A stretch of 64,000 nucleotides of DNA from the human T2T-CHM13v2.0 reference genome, Homo sapiens, in NCBI RefSeq assembly GCF_009914755.1, contig NC_060932.1. One strand, 5' to 3'. The notes beneath the pieces were generated by a model. That model worked only from the letters and a program-made list of their open reading frames with translations. It had not been told where the DNA came from and ran no database searches. Shown in pieces: positions 1-13,400 of this stretch; position 1 is the first letter of the stretch, and each line of letters starts with the position of its first letter. The translations under genes were made by a program, and so were the position numbers.

Positions 1-1138
1 TGGACCCCTTCTTCACATCATATACAAAATTAACTCAAAATAGATCAATGGCCTGAATATAAGAACTAAACTCATAAAATTCCTAGAAGGATACATAGGG
101 ATATAGCTTCGTGATCTTAGATTTGACAATGGATTTTTAGATATGACACAAAAAGCATGTACAAAAAATAAAAACTAGATAAACTGGGCTTTATATGTAT
201 TTAAAAAATGTGCATCAAAGGACATTATCCTTTGATGTGAAAAGACAACCTATGAAATAGGAGAAATATTTGGAAATCATGCATCTGACAGGCATCTGGT
301 ATCCAGGATACATAAAGAACTCTTACAACTCAACAACAGAAGACAATTCAATTGAAAAATGGGCAAAAGAGTTTCTGCAAAGGAGATACATAAATGGCCA
401 ACAAACACCAGAAAAGATGCTCAATGTCATTAGTCAATAGAGAAATGAAAATCAAAACTACAATGAGTTACCATTTCATACCCATTACAATGGTGATAAT
501 TAAAAAATAGAAAATAAAAGTGTTGACAAGGATGTGGAAAAATTAGAACCCTTGTGCTCTGCTGGTGGGGATGTAAAATGATTCAACCTCTGTGGAAAAC
601 AGTGTGGTGGTTCTTAAAAAGTTAAACATAGAGTTAATGTATGACCCCACAATTTAACTTCTAAGTATATACCCCAAAGAATTGAAAACAGGTACAGAAA
701 CAAGTACCTGTAACATGCATTTTCATAGTAGCATTATTCACATAAGCCAAAAGGGGGAAACCACCCAAGTCCGCCTACCAACAGAAGAATGGACAAACAA
801 ATTGTGACATAGTTATACAATGAAATATTATTCAACCACAAAAAGTAATAAAATACAGCTACATGATACAATGTGGATGCACCTTGAAAACATTATGCTA
901 AGGGAAAGAGCCAGACATGATAATTTACAATCCCATTTATATGAAATAGACAAATCCATAGAGACAGAACTCACATTGGTGACTTTCAGAGGCTGAGAGG
1001 AGGGGGAAATAAGGAGAAACTGCTTAATGGGTAAGGGGTTTTACCTTGGAGTAATGGAAATGTTTTGGATCTAGAGAGAGGTGGTGGTTGTGCAGTGTGT
1101 ACTAAATGCCACCTAATTGTTCACTTTAAAATGATTTA
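1..1138 (+). mobile_element. Old LINE-1 (L1MB/L1MC-like), ORF2 C-terminal region and 3' UTR; continues beyond the left edge
   Basis: Degenerate L1 motifs: tatacaaaattaactcaaaatagatc, caaaactacaatgagttacc, gacaaggatgtggaaaaattagaaccc, and the 3' UTR end aatgccacctaattgttcactttaaaatg. Confidence 0.85.
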
Positions 1139-1664
1139 ACAAAATCCCCTCCCAATCTACTGCTTCCACTTGGAGCCTTCCCTTAGGCTGGGAGTGGACG
1201 GTGACCAAGTGTCCCAGAACAGGTGCTGTTCTACCTCTAAGAGAGTCTGTTGTTTTTCTTTAGAGAGCGTGACCAGTGCTGTTCACCTGGGGCCTTGGTG
1301 AATGATCCTGTTACTGTGCTCTGTGATCTGTGTTGAGGCTCCCAAGCAGGGGCTCCACTCTCCAGAGGGAGGTGTGTGGCAGAGTGGAGCCTGTGACTAT
1401 CAGTGAAATGGGATGTGATGTGCTCCTTGGTCTCTCAAACAAATCTTACACTCTTTCAACTAATCGAATAACATAATCCAAGCCAGGGCCAGCACCATAG
1501 CCTGATTTTGCAAGATCACATGAAAAATTGGATATTACATGATAATAGGTCTTAGGAGTGTTAAAGGAATAGAGGCTTCAGAGGGCTTCTCCAGCATCCA
1601 CACATCCCAGTTTCCTGTCTTTTATATATGGGGAAACTGAGGCTCAGGCATATTAAAAATATGC

Positions 1665-2210
<546 letters not shown>

Positions 2211-3653
2211 TATTATTTTAAAAAATCTGTTGGGCTCAGACATGGCTAATTAGTGGCAGGGCAGCTTTCCAGCTCTCTTACCACGACAATGACCTTTCTC
2301 TGTGGGCCTCAAATGACCCTTTGTTGTAATACCTGTGTCTTTTGCCAAGACTGGCTTGAATAATTGCTTTGATCCTCTCAATCACTTCCTCATGTGACAG
2401 CCTCATGAGTCCACCCCTATATGACAAGTCAGACTGTGCATGCTCCACTGGGCTTCATGTTCAAAGTGGCCAAGATCATGCCTAGACCACCTCTATCAGA
2501 GTGAAGACAGCTTTGCATTTTGGAAACAATATCTACCCAGGAAGCAAATAATGAAACATTCAATTTTCAAGGCTCTCCCAATGGTAATGGATCCTGTTGG
2601 GAAAGCCCTCTGGACATGTGCAGGAGAGGGTCATGTGTGATGAAATGAGAAAGGACACAGCCAATGAGGAGACCACTTCTGAAACTACCTAGACACAAAC
2701 CAGATTCAGGGGCCATACGTCTCTTCTTGAAGTCACGTTCCCAAGCTCTCTGGGCAATTGGGAAGTACATTGAAGAAGCATCAGTCAATTACTGCTAGCG
2801 AAATGTTTTGTATAAACAGCAACTTCAAAGCACATGGAAATCCCATAGGCCCACAGCTTGTTTTTTTTCAAACACAAGGGCCTTGCAGCCATTAGGCTGA
2901 CCTGTGTTATAAATGGCTCAGGTCCCGGGGTGAGGCTGCCCTTCTATCTGAGGTCCCTCTGATTGCGGTTTTCACCTCCAGAGCTGGGTCCACACAGCAC
3001 AAAGCCAGATGGAAACTCGGCAACTGCACTGACTCGGTGAGAGAATCCACTCAGGAAGAGGCCAGTGTGCATCATGCAGGCCCCTGCTTGCTTTCCAGGA
3101 GGAATCTGCACAAAGAAACTAGAGAGCTCTCACATGCGCCAGCATTGCCTGGGATGTTTTTCATCATGAGGGATCTGGTCGGTCTACTTGCAAGGATGTC
3201 ACCTTCCAGCAGAGAGGAGCCATACCGGGTGTAAGATGATTTTCCTCAAAATAGCTTCTTCTTTGTACCTACCTCCAACACACTTCCTTCTCTGTCTGCC
3301 ATCAGTTCTGGGGCAGGCGGCTGTGCTCTTCTGACCTGAGTTCAGTGGTCTGTTGCTTATTTTATCTCCCCAAACAAAACAAATTTCTCTCCATTTTATC
3401 CTATTTCCTACCAGATAGGATCTTTTGTTTTCACTCACTGCCTCGTCAGCTTCCAAGAATTTTTTCTACTTGAGAACTGTCGAGACACTCCGGGTTCAGT
3501 GGTCTGTGGCCAGGCTCCGGCCCAAGGTCGAGGATTCCCTCCTTTTCCTTCCCAGTATTGTCCAGTATCCTGCAGGGCTCCTGTCTCCAGCCACGAGGGC
3601 GGGGCAACGCCGCCCGCCATGGGCACCCTCCTGCTGCTGTGGGCGCCACGGCA

Positions 3654-3721
3654 ACCTTGCCAGCATCACCACCATGACCTTGCTAGTGTCACCACCATAA
3701 CCTTGCCAGCGTCACCACCAT
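3654..3721. repeat. Minisatellite, 3 x 23 bp (accttgcyagyrtcaccaccat)
   Basis: Three adjacent copies starting at 3654, 3677 and 3700. Confidence 0.9.
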
Positions 3722-4009
3722 CGGGCACATGCCCTGACTCCTTGTGGAGGATGAACATGAAGCCTGGGCAAGAGCAGGTCCCTTTTGATCCCCAGCTCTC
3801 TGCCTCATTCTGTTGTGAATGGTTGCAGTCTCAGAGGTGATAGCACCCTCTCCGTGTTCAGCAGCACCTTAGCCCCCACTTCTGGCTTTGCCTAGACAGC
3901 ATGTGTCTCGTAGGATACCCAAGAATCCTTGCTTAGGAACACTGCAGCCTCGCTCCAGTGCCTTTTCAAATAAAAAGAGGCTTTCTCCCTTGCAATCCTT
4001 CCTCCAGAC

Positions 4010-4415
4010 TGGGTTTTGTCCTAAACATAGACTTAATCACGTTGCTTTGATTAAAAATCTTCCATGACTTCCATTACCCATAGGACAAAGTCCAGATATC
4101 CCAGGGTAGCCTATCTGCCCCTCCACAAGCTATTCCCAGTACCCCTCCTGCCTTCAGCCCTACTCACCCTGCCCTCGGTGTGTCCAGCAGAGCTCCTCCG
4201 GCCCCATGAGGGGCTCCAGTCTCCTCTGTGAGACCTCTCCCAATTTCCCAGAAAATTATCATTTTCATTAACGATGATGAGACGACATTCCTCATAGTGC
4301 CCTCTGGACCATCGTGTCTCCCCTATTTCCCCCTTTAGGTTGTGAGCTCCTGGACTCCGGCCCAGCATGGGGTTGAGCACATAGGAGGTTTTTGAGAAAT
4401 ATTTGTTGGCCAGTG
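4010..4415 (+). mobile_element. L2 LINE 3' fragment
   Basis: ttaaaaatcttccatgacttccattacccataggacaaagtcca and the L2-like tail gcacataggaggtttttgagaaatatttgttg. Confidence 0.6.
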
Positions 4416-5765
4416 ATCTGTGAGATAAGAATGCAAAGGCTTTCAGTTTCATTCAATGAGCATTCTTTGAACACTGGCAGGAGGCAGGGGTGATATAAAG
4501 ATGGATGAGAGATGAATGAGTGAGGAACAAAGTATATCATGTGTGAGTCATGACCTGAGTTTCACTGAGGTGCAGCAGAGCCCAGAGGAGGCTGTCAGCA
4601 GCATCCCAGGAGGATGTTGCAAAACTGATTCCTGTTTATGGACGTGGAGGGTGAAGGAGGTGTTCATGGGGCATCACCCAGGGTGTAGTCTGATATTAAC
4701 TTGCATGTAAGTAGGCAACCTCTTCTTTTAAACATCAAAAATCACTTAAAAGGATTATCTCTGTCATTTCTATTATAGGGGAATTACTTTGCTCAGATAA
4801 TGAAATTGCTTGTTTCTTAAGAGTTTAACTCAATTGTGCTGAGAGAATGGGGCAATGGGGTGATTTGGGAGATGAAGGCATTGTATAGGAAGGAAGCCCG
4901 AGACACCTCTCCCCACAAATCTTCTCCTCAGGGACACAGCGATAGGTACGGACTTGGATTATTAAAAGTATGTGTTTCTCCAAGTGTATAGAACACCAGT
5001 CTCTGCAGAGGGGTTCTGGGTATTTGGTGGGAAAAAGCACTGAGGCCAAACACATTGGACATGTTAGGCAGGCTTCCTTCTTGTAGAACCTCCACCAAGG
5101 CTATGGCGTATGCCCCCCATTCCAATCACATTTGAGCAAAGGGCCCCGTTTTTCCTCATAAACACACATTTTGGAAACGTTGTTGTGCTAAAAAGGAAAG
5201 AGCTTTCACAGCCAGAAGATAAGAGTAGACTCTTTCCAATTGCAGCACCCTCTGAGCCTAGTTCTCTCTACTGAAAAATGAGGCAAAATGCCCAGATGCC
5301 CTCACAGGCTGTGCCACCGTGTGTGTGACCGTGTGTGTGGCCATTCTGCAAAGGTGATATTTTATTCATGTGTGATTGCTGTACTCACACTTGGATAACA
5401 AGCCCCTGTGTTCAGACAATTTATTTACTGCCTCCTTCGTCTTTAGAAGAGCACTGGGTTGTCAACGAACCTCAACTATCACAGCCAGCAGAGTGAATGG
5501 GCATTACTAGAGAGGCTAGGGAGAAAAAGAGTGTGAAGTGATCGTTTTGGGTCTTGGCATCATGACTGTCTTTGCTTAGGAGACAGCCAAGCGTGGGACA
5601 TGTGATCTGGTGATGTGGCGGATCTGATTCTGCATCCAGCCAGCCAGTGCTGAGCTCAGGCCCTGCCGCCAGTGGTGAAGCTCTTGCAGTGAAGGACATG
5701 CACGGTCTCCAGCCTCCTTGGGTTGCTGTCCAGTGTGGCAGACAGACTTATCAAATCAGCAAAAC

Positions 5766-5988
5766 CAGGGACTGGCACATGTTTTCTGTGGAGGGCCAAG
5801 CAGTAGAGACTTGAGACTTGGTGGGCTTCCTGGTCCCTGTTGTAACCGCCCAGCTCTGCGTTGCATGGGGGTGCAAAAGCATCTGTACCACATGTAAGTG
5901 CAGGAGAGGCTGAGCTCCAACAAAATTTTATTTTCAGAAAGGGATGGAGGGTGGCTTTAGACTGCAGGCTGTAGTTTGTTGACCCATG
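5766..5988. mobile_element. MER58A-like hAT DNA transposon (MITE)
   Basis: cagggactggcac...ttttctgtggagggcc at one end and gtagtttgttgacccatg at the other. Confidence 0.7.
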
Positions 5989-6649
5989 ATCAAAACAATA
6001 AATATACAATGGAAGAAGAGATGTGTGGTATATTCAGAGCATATGAAGGGGAATTTAATAAATCTGACTTGAGATTTGAAAGATGAGAAGAAATTCAGTA
6101 AAGCAGGGAGAACAGGGCGCTGTAGGTAGACGGGGGTGCTGGAGCGTGGTCTGAGATGGAGCCAGGAGGAGGAGGAGGGACCTGCCCTGCTGGTCGGAGT
6201 CTGCTCTGAGACCCAGGGACCGTGCGTTCTGCAGGGAAGCTGGCGCATGCCCTTAGGTTCTGCAGCTGTGTGGGCTGCGCTGCCTTCGGGGGCACGTGAC
6301 GCCACGTGGGAAGTGCTGTGAGGCTGGTGCGGAGAGCAAACCTCCTGCAACTCTTAGCGAGTAAATGGGCACATCCACACTGGAGTTGAACACAGGGGCG
6401 CCGGCCACGGGTTCAGGCTAGCCCGGGCGTCTGGCTTCCCTGCCAGGATGGCTGCCTCGTTACTGAGATGGAACACACAACACAGCCGCGTGGGCAGTGG
6501 GAGGCTGCGAGGTTAGCCTGGCAAAGCTGTGTCCAAGGAGGCAAAGATTGGTCCGCAGCTCAGAGGAGAAGCCTGAGTGGAAACTATAAATCTGAGTCAT
6601 TTTGAAGCCTTGGGAATGGATCTGTACTCAAAGAAGGTATGGAGCCATG

Positions 6650-6803
6650 CTCAGCAAATGCTGCCTGCTTTTGTCAATAAAGTTTTATTGGAACTCTCCT
6701 TTGCTTGCACGATGGCTGTCTGAGGCTGCCATTGTGGGCAGCTGCAAGAAGGCCCTTTAAGATTGGCCATCTGACCCCCATAGACAAGGCGTGCTGACCC
6801 TTG
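6650..6803. mobile_element. MER58-like fragment
   Basis: gcctgcttttgtcaataaagttttattggaac...tgctgacccttg. Confidence 0.55.
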
Positions 6804-7149
6804 GCACACCAGAGTGGGGAAAGAAAGGCGACTCCAGGCCAATCCTAGAAGTGCCCCAAGTTTAATGTGCGAGGGGAGGATCCTGAGCTTCCAGGGGCCC
6901 TGCCTGGGAGTGACTGGCAAGAAGGTCTGCTTTGGACATAAAAGGCAAGAGAGTTGAGCATTTTAAGGAAGGTGTGGTCACAGTGTCAGAGCTGTGGGGA
7001 GGTCCAAGAGAGGTGAGGACAGAACAGCCATCCGTTAAGTCCAGTGCAGAGGCCAATGGGGCCCTAAGGTCATGAGAGTCTGTGCCCCTGGCTTCTACTC
7101 AAACAGTGGGATGTTTCATTAGAGGGACGGGCAGAAGCCAGGGGCACTG

Positions 7150-7640
7150 ATCCTCATGACCTCATGACCCACAGGCCCCACATCCTAGAACCATCACACT
7201 GCAGGGTAGGATTTCAACACATAAATTTTGGGGGGACATATTCAGTCCATGAAACTTCATTCCTAGTCCCCCAATCTTCATGTTCTCAAGTGCAAAATAC
7301 ATTAATTCCATCCCACAACCTCAAACATCCTAACTCATTCCAGCATTGACTTTGAAGTTTAAATCCAAAGTCTCATCTAAATATCAGACATGGGTGAGAT
7401 TACAGGTACGATGGCTCCTGAGGCTGATTTCCCTCCAGCTGGGAGCCCATGAAACCAGACAAATTATGTGCTTCCAATGTGCAATGGCGGGATAGGCCTA
7501 GGACAGACAATCCCATTCCAAAAGGAAGAAATAGGGAAGAAAGAGGGGTGAAGGGTCCCAAGCAAGTCCAAAACCAGGCAAGGCTTGAGAATAATCCGTT
7601 TTGGCTCCATGCTCTGCCCTCCACACCCCCTGCAGGTTGG
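7150..7640 (-). mobile_element. MaLR (MLT1/MST) LTR end plus adjacent internal sequence
   Basis: gatttcaacacataaattttgggggg...attcagtccat followed by MaLR-internal motifs caaagtctcatct and cccattccaaaagga. Confidence 0.75.
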
Positions 7641-9724
7641 GGGGAGGTTCACACCTTCTGGACCCATTGGGGTAGCAATATCACCTCCATAAGGGTTGAA
7701 GGAAAATAGAAAGGAGAGAACTAGAGGACACAGAATGGAAAGGACTGAGCAACATAGCCAGTGGCAAAAGAAGTACTGCAAACATGATGCAAAGGAAAAG
7801 TTTTGCCTTGACTCTCTATAAGCCCCACCATAGCTCCAAGGTTCTCAGTGAAATCTGTCACTGCCATGTGTGTATGTGTGTATGTGTGCATGTGTGTATG
7901 AATCAAGGAAATATTTGACCAGTGTATTAAGTAGAGAAGAAGAATTCAGGGCAGGCAGGAAGGAGACAGAACGACCTTGAGAAGTTCCAGGGGATGTATT
8001 TTCAGAAAGTCTTGGGAGACCACTGGCTTCCTTCCAGAGGACATAGGATAGAGGTAGGACACAATATTACCTAGATCGTAAGGCGTGGAGAGGCCCAGCG
8101 AACATCTGGACTGCCATAGCTGAGATGTGGGGGCCTAACGATGTTTTCGTACTTTTTAATTGTTATTGCTGTCTCCCCTGTCTTGGGTGCAGGCTTCCTT
8201 ATGATGGAAACCTGGTCTGGGTTGCTCACCACTGAACCTCCTCACACCTGGAGCCGTGCCTAGCACAAGGAGCTTACGTATCCTCAGAAGAGAAGAAACA
8301 GAGACGATTGCTGTCTTCATTTTAGAGACAAAGAACCCGAGGCGTAGAGAGCCAGGTGAGTAAGTGAAGGATCCAGACTCCTACTTGATAATTTTTTTTG
8401 CTTCTAATCCTCATGCTGTGTGGCCCAGGTGGGTCCCACTGTCTTGGGCATCTCCATTGTGTGGCTGTGTCCCCTGCCCTGCAAGGCCCCCTTTTATGTT
8501 CTGTGCAGGCCCTCTGACCTCCTGTTTTATGGTGGCTCTGACTCTAGTGTCTAGCTGAGGAGACTTTACCACTTCTGGAACGCACCCCTCATCCTCTTCA
8601 CTGACCCTGTCTTCATCCTCGCTTAAGTTCTCACTCATCCTATGGTTTTAGGTGTACACTCAGTTATGTGGGCATGGTTGACACGACATGAACTGAAATG
8701 TCACCCCAGTATGGCTAGCTCTAATCCCTGCCTCTACTCTTGATTCTTATTAGAAAATTGCTTTTGACATACATGTTTAAAAGGTGGCATGAATGGCCAA
8801 GTGTGAATGGGTGTAGTGGGAGTTTGGGGCAGAGCCCCTCATCTCAGAGTGTTGCCCTTTTGTGGGAATCACAGTCATCAGCAGTAGCCTGTGTAGGAGA
8901 GTGACAAGAAGAAAGGCCTTGCCTAAGGATTACTTGGAATATAAAAGGTGCTATTATTTACCTTGTTTATGGAGTTGGTTAAAAATCCTCAATGGCTCTA
9001 CTCTTTAGAAGCCAAAGTCTAAATTCTAATCTGGTTTGCAAGCTCAGCTTTCCATCAGGCTTACCCCCAACCCAGCTTCCTCCTTGTGGGATCGCTGGTG
9101 GGAGTTATTGTGTGCTGCTGGTGGCTGTGCAGAGGGACCTGGTCCATTAACCAAATCAAATGCAAGACCACCTGGGACTCAGCAGTGGGCTCTGTGGACA
9201 TCCTCAGGCAGGTCCTGGAGGTGATGTGTGTGAGGATGTTCATCACGGTGTTCTGTTGGGGATGTGGACTTGGGGCATCCTGGATGCTGGTCTCTGAGGC
9301 CTGGATGAGTGGAAAATGGTGTGCTCAGACCATGGAAAATGTGTCCTGTGAAGGACTCGGTGTGCACATAGAGACTGGGACAGTCTTAAAAACATAGCAC
9401 TTGGCTAAAAAAAATAGGCAACAAACAAGATGAAATACACAATCATTTACATCAATCAAAAATACATGCACACAAGATCATAAAACACACTTTGTAAGAA
9501 CGCATTCAAATAAGAAGAAATGCATCATAAAGACACTGCCTTTGAAGGGGAAGGGAATGAGAGTGGTATATGGGACACAATGGAATTTAAAAATCTCAGC
9601 AAAAGGGTCCTTGCATCAGCCGTTGATGACAATGCGCTGAGAACTAAGGAGTATGAGGAACTCCCTCATCCACAGCGGATGTTTAAAAATCCAGCAGGGC
9701 TTTTCTCTTCAAAAGTCTAATCCT

Positions 9725-10410
9725 TATAACAAGTAGTGGAGAGGATGTGGAGAAATTGGAAACCCTGCACACGGTGCAAATGTAAAATGGCATAGCTGCT
9801 GTAGAAAAGAGTAGGGAGGTTCCTTAGAAATTAAAAATAGAATTAGCCTGTGATCCAGCAAGTCCATTTCTGATATGGACCCAAAAGAAATGAAAGCAGG
9901 ATCTCAAAGAGGTATGTGCGCACCCATGTGCATAGCATCACTACTCATGATAGCCAGAAGGTGGAAACAGCCTACATGTCCATCGACAGATGAATGGATG
10001 AAGAAAATGCGGCATGTACATACAGGGGAATATGGCTCAGCCTTGAAAAGGAAGGAAATGCTGACGCGTGCTACAACTTGGATGAACTGTGAGGACATAT
10101 GCTAAGTGAAATAAGCCAGTCATAAGGACAAATACTGCATAATTCCACTTCCAGGAGGTACCAAGAATAGCCAAACTCATAGAGGCAGAAAGTAGAATGG
10201 TGGGTGCCCAGGGCAGAGAAGAAAGGGAAAGGGGAGTTATTGTTTAATGGATACAGAGTTTCAGTTTTGCAAAATGAAATGAGCTCTGGAGATGGCTGGT
10301 GGTGATGGTGGCCCAACGCTTTGCATATGCTTGGCACTACTGGACTGCACACTTAACAATGGTTAAGAGGGTAAGTTGTATGTTATGTATATTTTACCAC
10401 AACGGAAAAA
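9725..10410 (+). mobile_element. L1MB-like 3' end
   Basis: gaggatgtggagaaattggaaaccc, an ORF2 C-terminal remnant (WKQPTCPSTDEWMKKM), 3' UTR ending ttatgtatattttaccacaa. Confidence 0.85.
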
Positions 10411-13400
10411 TGAGGCAAAGATGGCATCCTTGATAGGCATAGTGGTCTGGAGAATGGTCTGTGGTCCCGTGCCCACTTGCTCTGCAGACCTGATCCTCTC
10501 CATAGCACCCTCCTCTCTCCAACTCCCACCTGCTCCCCATCCCAGGCTGGGGACAGTGACCCTGTTCCTCTCTAGGTGTCTGCACATGCTGTTCCCTTGC
10601 CAAAAGATACTCGTTCTGCTCTCATTGCTTGAGTAGCTCAGCTGTCTCAATTCTACTTCCATGGTCTGGCTTGCCTTGATTCCCAAGCATGATTAGCTTT
10701 CTCTCCTCAGCTCTCATAATAGCCTCTGTCCCCACAGAGCGTGCAGATGGCCCCCTTCCCCTCCCTCGCCTCGGGGTAATGGGACCCTCCACAGGCCTCA
10801 GCCATGTGTGCTGGCACCCATGGACGTCGACAGGCATCCTCTGTTGAGGGATGTCTTATTTTCTAAGGAAGCCCAAACAGTTAGCTGCTCAGGATAGTAA
10901 TAATCTTGCTTTCCGATAAATTTCAGAAGTAAGAACATAATTTTGATGATTTTGTTTTAACTGGGAATTCTTTTCGAAACCTGCCTCCCTGGCTGGCTGG
11001 CTCCTCTGTGTTTGCACACGTGCCTCTGTGCGGGTGGCACCTGCCCTATTTGTGCTCTTCGTTGTTTGCTACTGGGATCAGTGGCTTACGACGAACAGCC
11101 CATGGCCCTGGGGCCTCCTGCACTGCCGTCTCCTGGGAGAAAGGCCGCTCTCACAGCCAGCCATGTGCACATCATCCCATTGGTACCCACAGATGGCACT
11201 GGCCCCTTCCTTCAAACCCGGGCCAAGCTCCAAACACAGACTGTCTTTGGAAGGAGGGTAAAGTGTTGAAAGGAAGAACAGATTCAAATGAAGCATGTGT
11301 CCCACCTGGGAGCTGCGGCTCTGGCTTGGCCCTCTTGGACCCCTTGTTTTGGGGCCCATGCCCTACCCTGTCCTCTGAGGGGCTCCTGGTTTGGGTGGCT
11401 CTGAGGGTACATTCCTACTTCCAGGCTGGGTACTGATCGTGTGTTGTGGGTGCCTTTGCTCCTGAGTCCACACAGCTGGTGTGTCCCCAGGGACACAGGT
11501 GCCTGTGCTCAGCAGAGCTGGAATGCCATTCAGAAGGCTGTGGGGTCAGGATCCTTGCCTCCCAGGGGGCACCTTAGCCAGCACCCATACTTTTCTAGTG
11601 TCGGGCTCCATGCCCCACCTGCCCCGTGCCTCTCCTGAGAGGTGAGACAGACAGCCTCCCACACTGCCCATGTCCTCCCGTCACCCGTGGTAGCCCTGGT
11701 GGCTGGGGACCCGGGACCACAGCTCTGGCCAGCACTTGGGTCTGCCCTGTTGGGTGGGCAGTGGCAGGGCCTGGACGGGGCCTCCATGCAGAGGACACGG
11801 CAGGCTCGCCTACACTTTCATAACCACACAGAGCTATGAAAGGTTCTGTCCCAGGGCTCCTGCGCAAGGCCGGCTGCCCAGCCTGGCTAATTTGTGTCCT
11901 TTCCTGAACACACAGTTCACCGAGGATCGCCAGGCTTGGCAGTCTTTGAAAGAAGACTTTCTTTCCATTTTGGCAACTCTCTCTTTAAAGACACTGCATT
12001 CTTTTTATTGGATGGGAAATAATTTCACAAGTAACGCATTTACTTTAGTAATAGGCCCCCGCCCGTCCTCCCACCCTCCACCTCCCACCAATTGAGTTTC
12101 TCTCTTATCGAGTTTTTTTTTTTTTTCTTGGCCTCTGGTGTTAATTGTCACGAGGTCAAAGTATAAACTCTCTAGAGGATCCCAGCGTTGTAAGGACTTG
12201 ACTGGAGATCAGAAACAAATTGCAGTGAAGCAAAAACATCAGGGCCACAGTGCCGAAAGCTGTGAGCCTCCCAAACGGCCGTCGTGTGTGCCGCGCTCGG
12301 CCGTCTGGCGCCTGCGTGGCTTGGCTTGGCAGCCTCTTACTCAAGCTTTGTTTTCCTTGGGGGGCGGGAGCGGGGGAGGGGGTGGAGGGTGAACCAAGGA
12401 AGGAGGGAGGGCAGGACTGAAGGAGTTCAGTTGCCCTTTGCCTTGTGATTTATATCTGGTGGAGGAGCCCTGTTCCGCTTCTTCTAGCTGGAATGCTGGG
12501 ACATGCTGTTTCAATATGAGACAATCAGCTGGGCCCTCTGTGGAATGTCCCTGGAGACTGCAAACTGCCTCCCAACAGGGTCATTTGTTCAGTAGGATTC
12601 TAAGTCGCATTCTCCAACATCTGCATTCTATTAATACCTTCAGAATATTTCCATCAGCTCTGGGAAATCAGGAGATGCCTTGAGAGATGTTCGGCACCAA
12701 ATCCTGGAGGCTTTTAACAAATATTATTCTTGTGATGCTTCTGTGTTTTTATGGGAAGAACCACCCCCTGCCCCCACAACTCCATCTTGTCCTTTTTCCT
12801 TTACTGTCGTGCAGGTGGATATTCACGTCCACCCAGTGAGATCCAGGGCGAAATGTGTTGGGCGGACCTGCGGTTGACAGGGATCCACAGCAGAAGGTGA
12901 ATTTGTAAACACATGAGGCAGAGATGGCTGCAGATAGACACTGCAGGGCACTTGCCTAAGGCCAGTTGGGGAAAGGCTGTGCTGGAGGGGCCCTGGGCCA
13001 GGGCCAGCTTCCCAGTCCACATGGGGCTCTGTTGTGTCCTTCGAGGGCACCATGGCCTGGTCTTTGGGGACAGGAAGGAAGAAAGATGGGGAGGGAGGAG
13101 GGGAGAGAAGGAAAGCTCTGAAGAGAGGGGTGCACTGAGGTGATGGAAGTGAGGAGGATTTCATTAAAGAAAAATAAAATAGGTGTAATACCTCGAGCAA
13201 ATAGAAATGAAGCTCCCATCAGTAGAACGGCCGTGGTGAGAATGCAAACCTGAGATGCAGCTGCGGCCTCAGAGGGGGTGGCCCAGCATATTTGACCCTG
13301 TGAGGAATTGGCCACATGGAGATATTAGTGGGGTGTCGTCAGGGTGGAGGGTTTCTTGGGAAAGACAAGGGAGAGGAGAGGGAAACCGCGATCCCAAGGA

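Noticed and set aside
3654-3721. CRISPR-like array
   Set aside because: Units are contiguous with no spacers, and the DNA is human.
8940-9560. Possible very old L1ME fragment
   Set aside because: Similarity too weak to call by eye.
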